Positions 14,337-27,359 of a DNA stretch of 64,000 bases are shown one piece after another (positions within the stretch are counted from its first letter, which is position 1; each line of letters starts with the position of its first letter). The DNA is from Octopus vulgaris (lineage: Eukaryota). The position numbers and the translations under genes were made by a program. The DNA lies in NCBI GenBank assembly GCA_951406725.2, contig OX597816.1, positions 44,702,001 through 44,766,000 on the forward strand, written 5' to 3'. The notes beneath the pieces are model-generated. The model saw only the letters and a program-made list of their open reading frames with translations. It did no database searches and was not told where the DNA came from.

Positions 14337-14367
<31 letters not shown>

Positions 14368-14411
14368 GGTTTTATTAGTCTGCATGACCACTAAGTATAT
14401 ATAAATATACT

Positions 14412-14450
<39 letters not shown>

Positions 14451-14735
14451 TTAAAAGAATTGTTCTCATATATATGTGTATATATGTACTAGAAGTTTTA
14501 TATATGTGTATATATAGTATATATATACATATATATATGTGTATATATGTGCGTATATATTCATATATATGTGTATAATGTACGTATATATTCATATATA
14601 TATATGTGTGTGTGTGTGTGTGTATATGTACGTATATATATGTGTGTTAGTGTATGTGTGCGTGTATCCAATTTATCTCCGACAAGAAACATCTTATATA
14701 TACATATATATGTGTGTGTATGTGTGTGTTTGTGT

Positions 14736-15549
14736 AAAATCAAAATAAGCAATAAGGATATCCAGAGGTAATGCAATACGATCGTTTCATGCAATTCCAT
14801 TTAATTGAACAATGCAATCATTACATCAACTTGAAAAGTAGAGCAATCTTCAGCTGTACAAAGACATACAATTTAGTTAAATTTCTATCCTTTTGTTACA
14901 ATATTCTTCTTAATAATCTTTTGAATAACCCTAAACTTTCACTGAATACAATATAGCAAATATTGTTTTAAAGTATTTAACTACAGTGCTACATGATAAG
15001 ATTTCCCCCTCTTTTGTTTCATTATCAATAGTCTGCTAATGGGCGATCCTTTAATTATCAGATAACATCTTGTTATAAGTTTTCCCTTACTAAACCTCAT
15101 GACATTGCTTGTAATATATCTTGATTTTTATGACTTCACCATGTAGAATGTCTGTCTACTCCCTCAAACCTACCCATAACAGATACTATCCTCTGTTTCT
15201 CTCAGTCATAAATATACATGGGATTTGATAAACTAATCGATAAATTAAAAATGACCCCATAAAAAAAAATCAGTGACAGGTAGCGTCTTCTTGAAAATTT
15301 TAGTTACGACTATACTGTTGTAGGTACAACATGTCCTTTGTTTATCTCCTTAACTTCTTGGAGATTTTAGGTATAATTATACTAATGTGTCCATCTGTTC
15401 TAATGTAACTAAATTCTATGTCTTTGTGCGGCTGAAGATTGCCCTACATTTTAAATTAATGTAATGATTGCATTCTTCAATTAATCGGAATTGCATGAAG
15501 CAATCGTACCGCATTAACTCTGGACATTCTTGTTGCTTATTTTGATTTT
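14736..15549. repeat. Pair of ~145-bp inverted repeats (14736-14880 and 15406-15549), probable Penelope-like terminal repeats with a hammerhead-like motif
   Basis: aaaatcaaaataagcaataagga... versus ...ttcttgttgcttattttgatttt; third copy at ~57878-58005. Confidence 0.75.
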
Positions 15550-15900
15550 AATCATATTATTTTGAAATTGTATGGGTAATACCGTACTAAATTCTGGGGC
15601 CTCAACTTAAGTACCATATTCATCTGGATCTAAATTTTTGCTACTCATCTACCATACCTAAAGTGAATATATAGATATATATATATATATATCTATATAT
15701 ACATATAAATATACACACCTATGCAGTAGATTATCCCGTGGTGGATCCTGCAGTATTACGGCGTTTCTATAATACATTCTCGTTAAGTAGGATATAGAGG
15801 TCGCCACTCGGTATTCGTTAACAATACTGCGTCTGTTGCTAATAACATATATATTTGTGTGTGTGAGTGTGTGTGTGTGTGTGTGTTTGTGTGTATGTGT

Positions 15901-16011
<111 letters not shown>

Positions 16012-16626
16012 AAATTTGCTGAAATACTGCAGTTCATCTAAATAATGTTTCTGACAATGGTGAGATCCTACTTGTATCTGTCATCTATTACAAACCGAAT
16101 GAGCGTGTCAGTACCTTCTGGAGATATATCATTCATAGCCGAAAACTATCTGTAAATTGCATTATGTTTGGTGAAGCCAGATAAGCAGAGCACGGTAAAA
16201 ATAGCCTTAAGAAACACACACACACACACACAGATAAACAAAAACACACACGTATGTGTGTGTTTATATATATATGGTACCTCCATATATATATAACTCT
16301 AATATAGTAACTTCATATATGGCTGTGTGTGTCTGTGTCTGTGTCTGTGTGTATGGCTTCATATCATAGAACTGTTCTATAAGTTAGTATTTAAGGATAA
16401 TGATTTTGATTGGTTGATTTTCATCTACGCAGCGAAACTGAACTATCGTTTCTACAGAAATGATGCGGAATGGAATTGATTCCTTAGGAAGAAATCTTGA
16501 CTCTGAAATTTAGTGATGAAAACTGTAAAGGCTTTTCATTTACATATTCCGTGTTCTTTGATTGCTTTTCTATATTCATTGAAATCTTTCTAGTTCTGGT
16601 CTTTATTTCTTCGTGCCATATGTATG

Positions 16627-16684
<58 letters not shown>

Positions 16685-16802
16685 CATACATACGTACATA
16701 TATATATATACATATATAAATATATGTATGTGTATATGTGAGTGTGTGTGTGTGTGTGTGTGTGTTTATATATATATGTATATGTATATATAAATCTGTG
16801 TA

Positions 16803-16860
<58 letters not shown>

Positions 16861-17794
16861 TACATACATATATATTTTATATTTGTATATAATGCATATA
16901 TATATATGTATGTGTGTATGTACGTACGTACTTATGTATGTATGTATATACGTATGTATGTATTTATGTATGTATGTATGTATGTATGTATACATGTATG
17001 TATGTATACATGTTTGTATGTATCTAATTTTATTCTTGTTGCTTCAGTTGCGATTAAATACATGTAATTCATTTTTAGAAACATTTATGTACTGACGTCA
17101 ATTGCAGACATACAAACACACGTGCCAACTTCATGCATATATTCTCATTAAAATCGTCAATAAAATGCGCCATAACACGTTCTACGTTCTGCAAAGTGAA
17201 CGTACAGAACACTCCCCACAATGTCAACCCTGATTTAACGTTATTCCTTCTCATAAAATACAAAAGTACAACGATTAAAGTTTAAAAGAAAAAAGAAGCA
17301 TTTGAGACCTGAATGAGTCAGAAAATATATTTAATACTATATAACATAACTGTTTTTTGTTTTGTTTTGTTTTATTCTATAAATCCAACAAGGTTGTAAT
17401 GGCGTAGGTTTTCAGTCTAAGTTCTGACATTTCATTTTTATTTTTCTCTAATTGTTACGTATCAAGGAATATATTATCTAATATGTCCTTCAGTTTTGGC
17501 GTAATAAAGTGTGATTTGAGGAAGATTGGCTGATATTTCTAACAAATCAAGCGACCGCGTAATAGCGCTTTCTCTGACTCATGTAATATTTTCGTAAAAT
17601 CTGAGGATATAGTAGCGCAAATAAACATATTGTTAACAATATTAATTGTTACAAGGCAGCGAGCTGGCGGTATGGTTGGCAAACTAGATATAATACTTAG
17701 CGGCATTTCGTCCCTTATCACGTCATATGGCGGTGAGCTGGCTGAATAATTAGCACGCCCAGCAAAATGCTTTGCGGTATTCCACTTGTATTTG

Positions 17795-17985
17795 CTTTTA
17801 TTCTTTTACTTGTTTCACTCATTTGACTGCGGTCATGCTGAAGCACCAACTTTAGTCGAAGAAATCGACCCCAGGACTTATCCTTTGTAAGCCTACTAAT
17901 TCTATCGGTTTCTTTTTTCGAGGACGCAAACACACCATCATCGGTTGGCATGCGATGGTGGGGGTCGACAAACAGAGACACACAA

Positions 17986-18024
<39 letters not shown>

Positions 18025-18186
18025 GACGGACTTCTTACAGTTTCCGTCTACCAAATCCACTCACAAGGTCTTAGTCGGCCCGAGGCTATAGCAGAAGACA
18101 CTTACCCAAAGTGCCACGCAGTGGGACTGGGCCCGAAACTATGTGGTTGGGAAGCAAGCTTCTTACTACACAGCCACGCCTGCGCT
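17795..18186 (-). mobile_element. SINE-B inserted in a SINE-A (17728-18340)
   Basis: SINE-A head ggcggtgagctggctgaataattagc upstream; its continuation gttctgagttcaaat...ggggtcgat downstream. Confidence 0.85.
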
Positions 18187-18634
18187 TCTTCATGTTCTGA
18201 GTTCAAATTTCTCCAAGGCCGACTTTGCATTTTATCCTTTCGGGGTCGATGAAATAAGTACCAGTCGAGTACTAGGGTCGTTGTAATAGATATACTCCTA
18301 CCTTTAAAATGCTGGCCTTGTGCTAAAATTTGAAATCAGGTAAAGGATGGTGACTGATAGAATCGTTATAGAGTCGGACACAATGATTTCCTCTATTTCT
18401 ACAAACTCTTTACGTTTTCAGTTCAAATCTCGGGAACGTCTACTATTAGCCCTCCAAGATCAATAAAATGAAATACCAGTGAAACCTCGATGCCGATAGC
18501 ATTTACTAATCCCCTATCCTCAAATATGCTGGCCGTATGCCTCAGAAATGAGCACATTTTCGAGTAAGGAAAAAACTTCTCACCACACAGCCACGCCTCC
18601 GCCTATATGTATATATATTGTATATATATATACT

Positions 18635-18960
18635 CATGTACAGCTAGCTTGACAGTGGGCACAGAACTGCAGGTCGACCATGGCTCAGATATAAGGATAA
18701 GCTGAAGAGTAACTTTTCAGCAATCAATATAGCACACAACATCGAGTAAGCAGCCTTAGAGAGAACAAAATGGAAATCGTCGTGTCAAAATGGTGTAAGA
18801 GACTTCGCTTCAACCAAAATTAAGGCAAAGGAGAAAAGCGGGTGCAAGTATGCTGCCTGCACTGACTCGTAATCCTCAAACTTGCATCATCAGCGGGTTT
18901 CTTTGCAAATGGTAGACAGGACTCAAATGTCACATTCGACATAAGCATTATGAGTGACAA
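18635..18960 (+). mobile_element. RTE-clade LINE ORF C-terminal remnant
   Basis: Translates GHRTAGRPWLRYKDKLKSNF...ALERTKWKSSCQNGVRDF, then a decayed C2H2-like TC...C...GLKCHIRHKH. Confidence 0.7.
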
Positions 18961-19294
18961 AGAAAGTGTAAGTTATCGGATCTTCATATGTTAAATCTGA
19001 CGGGAGGGTCCATCAAATATAAGTTAATCGGCACATACACAGCTGAGCTGCTTTGATAACGCAGAAATATTATTTAGATGAACTGCAGTATTTTAGCAAA
19101 TATTACACACACACACATAGCACACTATCAAAGCAACTAACTTGAGGACTTATCGGTAGACAGCTGCTTCTGGATCATATTCATGGAATTGTACGATATG
19201 GAAACCTCAACAACTGTTACCACTGTAGAGAAAGAACTGTTTTACAATTGAAGCTTGTTCGTTGCTTTGTCTTGGTTTATGAAATTTATACATA

Positions 19295-19478
19295 GGCGCA
19301 GGAGTGGCTGTGTGGTAAGTAGCTTGCTAACCAGCCACATGGTCCCGGGTTCAGTCCCACTGCGTGGCATCTTGGGCAAGTGTCTTCTGCTATAGCCCCG
19401 GGCCGACCAATGCCTTGTGAGTGGATTTGGTAGACGGAAACTGAAAGAAGCCTGTCGTATATATGTATGATGTATATA

Positions 19479-19515
<37 letters not shown>

Positions 19516-19757
19516 GTGTGTGTGTATGTGTGTGTGTGTATGTGTTTGTGTGTCTGTGTTTGTCCCCCTAGCATTGCTTGACAACCGATGCTGGTGTGTT
19601 TACGTCCCCATCACTTAGCGGTTCGGCAAAAGACACCGATAGAATAAGTACTGGGCTTACAAAGAATAAGTCCCGGGGTCGATTTGCTCGACTAAAGGCG
19701 GTGCTCCAGCATGGCCGCAGTCAAATGACTGAAACAAGTAAAAGAGTAAAGAGAGTA
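19295..19757 (+). mobile_element. SINE-B, full length, young
   Basis: Nearly identical to 62315-62725 outside the internal microsatellite. Confidence 0.95.
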
Positions 19758-21736
19758 ATTATATGCGTGGGTGTTTGTCTTCCCAACACTCTTGGACAAG
19801 CAGTGTTGGTTTGGTCACATACCCATCATTTCGCAGTTCGGTCAGAAAATAGAAACCTATAGAGCATGTACCACCCTTTGAAAATTTCCGCTGATGATGA
19901 TTTAGACTAATCAGTTAGACGCAGTGCTTCAGCATGGCTAAAATCCAAAGACTAAAACCAGTAATATAGCAAAAATGTAAAGAACCAATTGTTTAATACT
20001 TCCGTATTTCATTCGACAGGGCACTTTACATTTTGGAAATAGTTTCGGAATTGATATTATCAAGTGTGTGTCTTTGATGATCGTTTAAGTTGTTTTTCGT
20101 TACTGATCTTGCTGTTTGCATGTGGGATTGTGTTTGCGTGTGGATTTGTGCTTCATTCAGAATGGATTTTCTGAATATTGTTGTTCTTTAAATATTTTTA
20201 CTCCATAGTGATGGAACCAGTCATTATTTTTTGTTCCCCATGAAGAGAAATGCATTCTTCATTCTCTCGATTTTCTTTCTAGAATTGTATGGTGTTGAGA
20301 AATAAATTCTCCCGCAGCCTTGTCAAGTAGTTTCACCTCCATCAATTATTTTTAGAATTTTCCCCTTATGACTGGGCCCTCTCTCATAAGAGTTTTATCT
20401 CTATTTTGAAGTTGTCTGGGATCATTGCTCCCTATGTTTCCTCTACTGGTCAGGTTTAGTTGTGATAGCTTTTACATGCAGTATCTTGGAAAAAAACACA
20501 GGGAGTCGAGTTGAAGTTTCTGCTCGATTATCTTAATATTATATTCCAAAAGTGAATTTATGGTTTGTGCAAATCTTGGTCCAGATTTGGAGTAAGATTT
20601 CTTAAGAGAAGAAGGTTGTTGTAAATTAATCTTGTCGTTTTCTGCCTCAGACTCCGGGTTTTGTTCTAATTTCCACAGCAGGGACGTCTCAAATAAATTA
20701 ACATTTTTTTTCTGTGATTTGACCAAATTCCATTTGTAGTGATCTTCCGTCTTCCGGGCTGATTTCTCTGGAGTAGCAGCATGCCTCATTGAATTTATCT
20801 GTTAAAAGTGTAAGCTTCGAGTTGGTTTCCTTGAAGTCTCACAAGATTTCGTCAGTTGTAGCTTTCTATTATCAGTTATGTTAGAAGGGCATTTTCGTTC
20901 CTTGCATAGCAGATAGATATAGAGAAAAGAGGTTTATTCACTCACAGGAAAAAAAAATATAGAAGAGTTGGTTTGAGATTGAATATGCAAAAGAGTCTTC
21001 AATCAAAATTTGAACTTATATTTCAAAAATCAATTTCAGCTTAAAATAGTACAAGTTTTCGCCAGCGAAACCAAAGATGATGAATTCTCCTCCATGTACT
21101 ACGACAAAAGTGTAAAAAAAACTCTTTTTTCGTTTCTCTCCACTTTTCTTATTTTTTAAAACTTCATCGAATCTCATTGTTAATATAGCTTATTTCTTCG
21201 AAACTTACTGAATTCTCAGTCATGATTCTTCTTATAAAATTCATCGAACATTTGAATTTTTATTATTTCTTATTGCTGTGAAATTTATTGACTATTTGAA
21301 TTTGAATGAACGTTTGGTTTTTTTAAGCATGTGTTATCGAATCTTCTCATGTAATTTCAGTTTCTGTTAACCGTTTTTTATTTACCATTCCAAAACAAAA
21401 AATTGTTGAAACTGGAAGGCATTTTAATAAATTTGTCAAAAATTTTAATGCTTGCAATTCACTTTTAGACTTTGGTTCAAATTTAAACATAAAACTAATT
21501 CTATATACTTTACTGTTAGAAATAAATTTCTCTCTTTCCTACACATTCTCTCTCTCTCTATCTATATATATCTCTCTCTCTCTCCATCTATCTTTCTATC
21601 TATCTCTATCTATCTATCTATCTCTCTATCTCTACATATATATATATATATATACATACATGCATACATACATACATACACACAGAGATATGTATATGTG
21701 TGTGTCTGTGTGTATGGAAGAGACTATGCAGGTATG

Positions 21737-21790
<54 letters not shown>

Positions 21791-22210
21791 CTAGGCACGT
21801 GCCGTCAGTAATTACTCAGGGTATATATTTGGCGACATTTATGAAGTAAAACTCACAAAAAAATAAGCGAAACACAGAGGCGTGACTGCGTTGAAGGGAG
21901 ATCAATTTCTGCCGTTATAGTACGTAAAGAAAACGGTGTTGTAGAAATGTACGCAGCACGTGTACTACAGCAGTACTATGCGTAGCTTAAATACTGATAT
22001 TGAAAAGCAGGGGCGAAGTATGCCTACCTAATCTACAAAAAAAGTAAAATATTTGGCATTTTATGTATAGTAATCCGACCAACCTTCATAATTTTATTGA
22101 AATAGGTGCATATTTTGCCATGAGAGGAAAATGTTGCTATCGATCTATTCTAGGTGGATCGTGCATGATGTGTACATATGGATAGACAGACAGATAGACA
22201 GACAGACAGT

Positions 22211-22273
<63 letters not shown>

Positions 22274-22276
22274 ATG

Positions 22277-22363
<87 letters not shown>

Positions 22364-22364
<1 letters not shown>

Positions 22365-22804
22365 TGTTTCTTTATTAGTCACACAGTAGAGCTTTTCTTT
22401 TTGGGGAGAAAAAAAGTGGGGTAGGTTTTCGATCAAAAAGGGTCGTAAAAGGGAAAGAAAAAAAAAGATCAATACGAATCGTGTATCACAGAAATGTAAT
22501 GATGTAAAGTCTAAAGGGGGAAGCAGATAAGGTTTATCCGTGGAAAGAAAAGCCTACGGAAAAGACCACGGTAACCTCGGTCAATAATGTCACATGTTGA
22601 CACATTTATTTGCAAGTAAGTAACTCTGTCTTAAATTTTTTCGTGTTCATAGGATTATGCTCAAGGGGACTTCGTCATTCATACGTGCCATCCTTGCTAC
22701 ATTCACCCATCTTTTTTTGAAGCATTGGCTAGACAAAACTTGCCTCTCTACTCTCACTTTCCTTTTCAAGTAATACTTGAAGAAGTTGATGAGAGATTGA
22801 CCGA
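22364..22804 (-). mobile_element. 5'-truncated Tx1/L1-clade LINE (ORF2 end plus 3'UTR) inside a (GATA)n array
   Basis: Minus frame 22802-22647: GQSLINFFKYYLKRKVRVERQVLSSQCFKKRWVNVARMARMNDEVPLSIIL*; 3' end ...ctaataaagaaaca; (GATA)n on both sides. Confidence 0.7.
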
Positions 22805-22915
<111 letters not shown>

Positions 22916-23848
22916 TCTGTGTGAGGGTAGAACCGCTTAGTCAAACAACATTACTTCCCAATATTTAAATGCATCTTTGTAATATTCTTTCCTTTACAAC
23001 CACATCGACTTTGCAGTACCACCTTACTAAGTCGAAGTCAATAAAACTGAAAGTGAAATTACTCGATAAAGTAATTTTAGTAGTGGATCGAAATATAATC
23101 GTCTAAAATGTTGAATGCTCTTTCTAAGCGCTCTAGCTGCGAACAAATGCATGGAACCAGCGAAAGGATAAAGTAACACAATCGAAAAGCTGCCACAATG
23201 CAGCTCATATAATTAAACACTTCATGGCGAAATATATAAAGTGTAGCAATCCACTGGATTAATACAATGCTTATGTAGCGCTTTGCATTGTATGGCTCAT
23301 TCCCAACCGTTTGATTACCTTAGTGTTGCAAGTTTATTCGAGAAAATTTGCCAGAGTTACATAAATGTGGCTTTTAATTTAATGATTTTACAGACACTTG
23401 CATGGTAAAGTTCGAAATCGATATAAAAGAAAATTTGACATAATGAATTTCGTGTTTGTGCCAGTTCGCCAATATCTACGGTAGGTATACATGAAGAAAT
23501 ATGCTATTCATGCATATAGTATATATATATATATACTATGCAAATATGCGTACACAAGAGATGCACATACGTATACATGAGAGCGTTATGTGATAGTTAA
23601 AGCATATTTGAATGTATCTCTGCGTGTAAATTTGCGCAGCTTATTTTAATCTTTTAGAGAGGATGGATGTTACTGGCCATGATACTTTATATAGTTGCCG
23701 GGATGAGAGATGTTGGAGAGGAGAGGAAGGAATTTGTGCGTAAACCAGAGACCTAGCCAAAATGCTTCCTACAACTGTGCTAAACAGACCCAAGGTGCCA
23801 TGAAGTGGTGCTGAAGCGATCAACGAATTTAAGTCTACTATTGAAATA

Positions 23849-24002
23849 CAGTCGTGGCTAAAAGTTTGGAATACAGGTCGGAAAATACGAATTTTTATAA
23901 TAAATGCCGAAATATATACTTTGTATATATTAGGTTTGTATCACACTTGGCCATAAAAACTTTGATTCTTTTTTAAATGTTCCAAACATTTGGCCACGAC
24001 TG
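23849..24002. mobile_element. Tc1-like MITE (154 bp)
   Basis: TIRs CAGTCGTGGCTAAAAGTTTGGAA / TTCCAAACATTTGGCCACGACTG; TA on the left, TG on the right. Confidence 0.85.
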
Positions 24003-24619
24003 TGTGCCACGGTTTCCTTGAGCCACCCGAAAAGAAGCTGCATTAAATAAAAAGAGCTGCAATAAGTAAAATTTTCTTTACTGCAAGGCGTATGACACCA
24101 AACGTGTTACATCTGATCATGAGCAGGTTTCCCAGCATGTGGGAATATCCAACACAAGTGTCAATGTGAGATATATTGGTGACAATGTTGATTCCTGGCT
24201 GGTGATCATATTGGGGTACAATACTGTCAGGTAGTTAGTGTAGATATAATTTTCGGCAATATGTATTCGAGTGGGTTTACTATAGGGCTCATAATCTCAC
24301 AAGTCTACAAAACAAAACAAATAGTGCGCATTGTAGCGGGTGCTGAAGGACCCCTAAACTCCGCATCCAGAGTAGAAAGTCCAGTTATCAAATATGTGGC
24401 AGTAAAAACCACTGTCGTGAAACCCTAAAGTAACAGAAACAATAACAGCTTATGCATATTAATGGTCCTAAGGCAACTCCGAGAACATTGCTCTGAGTTA
24501 TGTACTCTCTCCCTCTCTCTACCCCCCTCTCCCTCTCTACCCCTCTTTCTCTTTCTCTCTTCCAGCATCAACCGGCAGTGTAAGACATTGATAATGTTAA
24601 GCACACAGCATTATTGATT

Positions 24620-24907
24620 TCCAATTTTGGTTGATGGTGAGTATGTTCAGGGGATTATATCGACCCCAGTGTTCAAATGGTACTTATTTTTTCGACCCTG
24701 GAAGGTTGAAGAGCAAATTTTGGAACAAGGCCAGCGAGTTCGAGGGAGGAGGTAAGCCGATGACATCGACCTCAATCTTCAGCTGGTACTTATTTCAATT
24801 GAACCTCGAAAGGATGACTGGCAAAGTCGACCTCGACGGAATTTGAAACTCAGAACGTAAACACGGACGAAAGGCCGCTAAGCATTTTACCGGGCATGCT
24901 AACGATT
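24620..24907 (-). mobile_element. Older SINE-A cluster; host of the U6-SINE insertion (head resumes at 25267-25295)
   Basis: ggcaaagtcgacctcg..gaatttgaaactcagaacgtaa...gctaacgatt | gctaacgattctgctagctcaccg. Confidence 0.8.
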
Positions 24908-25161
24908 TTTATTTCTTTATTGCCCACAAGGGGTTAAACATAGAGGGGACAAACAAGGACAGACAAAGGGTGTAAGTCGATTAAATCGACCCCAGTGCTG
25001 GTACTTAATTTATCTTAATTTAACTGGTACTTAATTTATCGACCCCGAAAAGATGAAAGGCAAAGTCGACCTCGGCGGAATTTGAACTCAGAACGTAACG
25101 ACAGACGAAATACCGCTAAACATCTCGCCAAGCGTGCTAACGTTTCTGGCAGTTCGCTGCC
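24908..25161 (-). mobile_element. SINE-A' (variant tail ...ccccttgtgggcaataaagaaata), 3' part of the U6-SINE chimera
   Basis: Full SINE-A head and core; tail shared with the copies at 40536, 45440 and 51176. Confidence 0.9.
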
Positions 25162-25162
25162 T

Positions 25163-25213
25163 AAAAAATGTGGAACGCTTCACGAATTTGCGTGTCATCC
25201 TTGCGCAGGGGTC

Positions 25214-25246
<33 letters not shown>

Positions 25247-25266
25247 AATATGTACCGCCGTAGCTA
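25163..25266 (-). pseudogene. U6: U6 snRNA retrocopy (near full length), fused to a SINE
   Basis: Minus strand: ...CGGCGGTACATATTCTAAAATTGGAACGATACAGAGAAGATTAGCATGACCCCTGCGCAAGGATGACACGCAAATTCGTGAAGCGTTCCACATTTTTT (ACAGAGA box, AGC triad, ISL). Upstream is the TSD and host SINE, so no external pol III promoter. Confidence 0.95.
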
Positions 25267-25759
25267 GCTAACGATTCTGCTAGCTCACCGTCTCCCAACA
25301 ATAGTGATACTGAGAGAACTAAATTGACAGGAAGACTCTTCTCATAGCAGTGTTGCTTCTATCCACTTATAAGGATTAGGAAGATAGGGATGCCATAGAC
25401 AACCGGCAAATTACGAAAGAAGACTTATAAAATGTGATTAAAGCAAGTATGAAAAGTAGTATGCCTCAAGGAAAAGCGAAACCTCCAGTTAGGAGAGTAT
25501 ATCGTGCGCAAAAAGCCCATTTCTCGTGAAGTGGGGATCCTCTTCACGAAGAAGAATCTCTTGTGAAAATTTTCTCAAATTAGAAGGAATGAATATTCTC
25601 CTGCCCGATTGAGATGATCTCCACAGGCATTCAAAAGGCCAATAAAAATGTTATGGAATACAAATATCAACTGGAAGAGTACGATGCAAAGTGCTGATCA
25701 GAGAGTAAGGAAGAACAAATTATGTGTGTGTGTGTATGTGTGTAGTAAATCTAAAAAAA

Positions 25760-25939
25760 ATAAAGAACAAACACAAAAAAGCAACAACGCGAGGACGTGG
25801 TATATGTGAAGTGTTACTAGACGCTCTTGGAAGAAAAGAACGATGGCTTAACATTTCGAGCAATGCTCTTCTTCAGAAAGAGAGGAAACTCTAATAGAAA
25901 GGAAGACGGAAGAAGAAAATCACCAGCGATTCGCATGTG

Positions 25940-25940
<1 letters not shown>
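25760..25940 (-). mobile_element. Penelope-like terminal-repeat fragment with a minimal hammerhead motif (25845-25880)
   Basis: Minus strand: cttt CTGAAGA A GAGC att GCTC GAAA TG TT aagc. Confidence 0.55.
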
Positions 25941-25974
<34 letters not shown>

Positions 25975-26039
25975 TGTATGTATGTATGTATGTATGTATG
26001 TATGTATATGTATATATGTATGTAAGTATGTATGTATAA

Positions 26040-26380
26040 TAAAAGAAGGAAAATGCACACAGTTTACATAGCTTTAATACATGTTAAATGAAAGAATATT
26101 GTGGTTGTCGACCGGACTCGCTTTCGCTAATCATGACGTTGAAATTATTGTGATTTCGTATATTCTTAAATAGATTTTAGTTCATCTCCATGTATGAAAG
26201 TTAGTGAATGAATCAATATACTTTCAAACAAGGACATGGACTAAAAACGTCTTAAGAAAATACGAAATCTCAATAAGTTCAATGTCATGATTAACGAAAG
26301 CGAAACCGGTCGACAACCACAATAGACTTTCATATAAAATTTATTGAAGTTATGTAAACTTTGTGCATTTTCCTTCTCTT
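26040..26380. repeat. Fold-back element: ~130-bp inverted arms (26040-26169 and 26252-26380) with an ~80-bp spacer
   Basis: agaaggaaaatgcacacagtttacata... versus ...tatgtaaactttgtgcattttccttct; both arms carry a hammerhead-like motif. Confidence 0.9.
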
Positions 26381-26396
26381 ATGTTATATATACATA

Positions 26397-26463
<67 letters not shown>

Positions 26464-27359
26464 CACTACAACTCACCACGTGGGATAATCGAAATTCTTT
26501 TCCTCTCATTTCCTTCTATTTATATATAAGATCTGGTTCGTAGGCCCGTTTAAACAAAGATGCAGTTTGTAAAAATTACACATACCGTTATAGCAACAAG
26601 TTGTCAGTGAGGAAAATTTAAAATTTAAAAGAAAAAAATAATGAATTCTAGCCATCTCATAATGACTCTTATACTCCCAAATCCCTTATGAACAATTTAA
26701 TATTTATCATTCTTGTTTCTTGAAATGTAATCTATACTTGTGCATAGAAAACTGTTTTAAATAAACACACTGAGTAAGTTTGTTTAATGTTCTTACAGAA
26801 TACATTTCCTTCAAAAACATTCACACCAGCAACACCATTATTTCATCAATTTTATCAATACGTATATGCCTTTTTATTATTTGCGTTATTGACCATAATT
26901 TATAGTTATTAATATGTTACATTAACCCATCTTGACCTTCAATTTTCTGATAGATCATACACTAATTTCATAACAACTCTGATTATTTACCCTCATTGCA
27001 CATAATTCACAGAAACTGTTTATTTATTTACAGAAAGCATAACATTTTATACCCAGTAGCATCACTGAAGGAAACACCCTAATTTCATATCATCCTTTTC
27101 TCTTCTATGTACGTTGTGTATTCTACATCCTTTTATTCTGATAGATAATCACAGTCAGTGCCCGGAAAATATTACGAAATGACAAATTAACAGGAAAGGT
27201 GATTAAACATGAGACAAAGGATAAAGGCAAACAACATATTGAATACTGGAGAGTTTTTTTTTTCTTTTGTTTGTTTCTTTTTCTTTCTTTTTTTCTGACA
27301 TTACTCTATAATGCAGTAATAGTGAAACACTGTGCTGCAATGTATATATGTACAAATAT

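Noticed and set aside
25163-25266. Functional U6 snRNA gene
   Set aside because: No upstream PSE/TATA (the flank is the TSD and a SINE), the 5' stem is clipped and the ISL has a substitution; it is a retrocopy.
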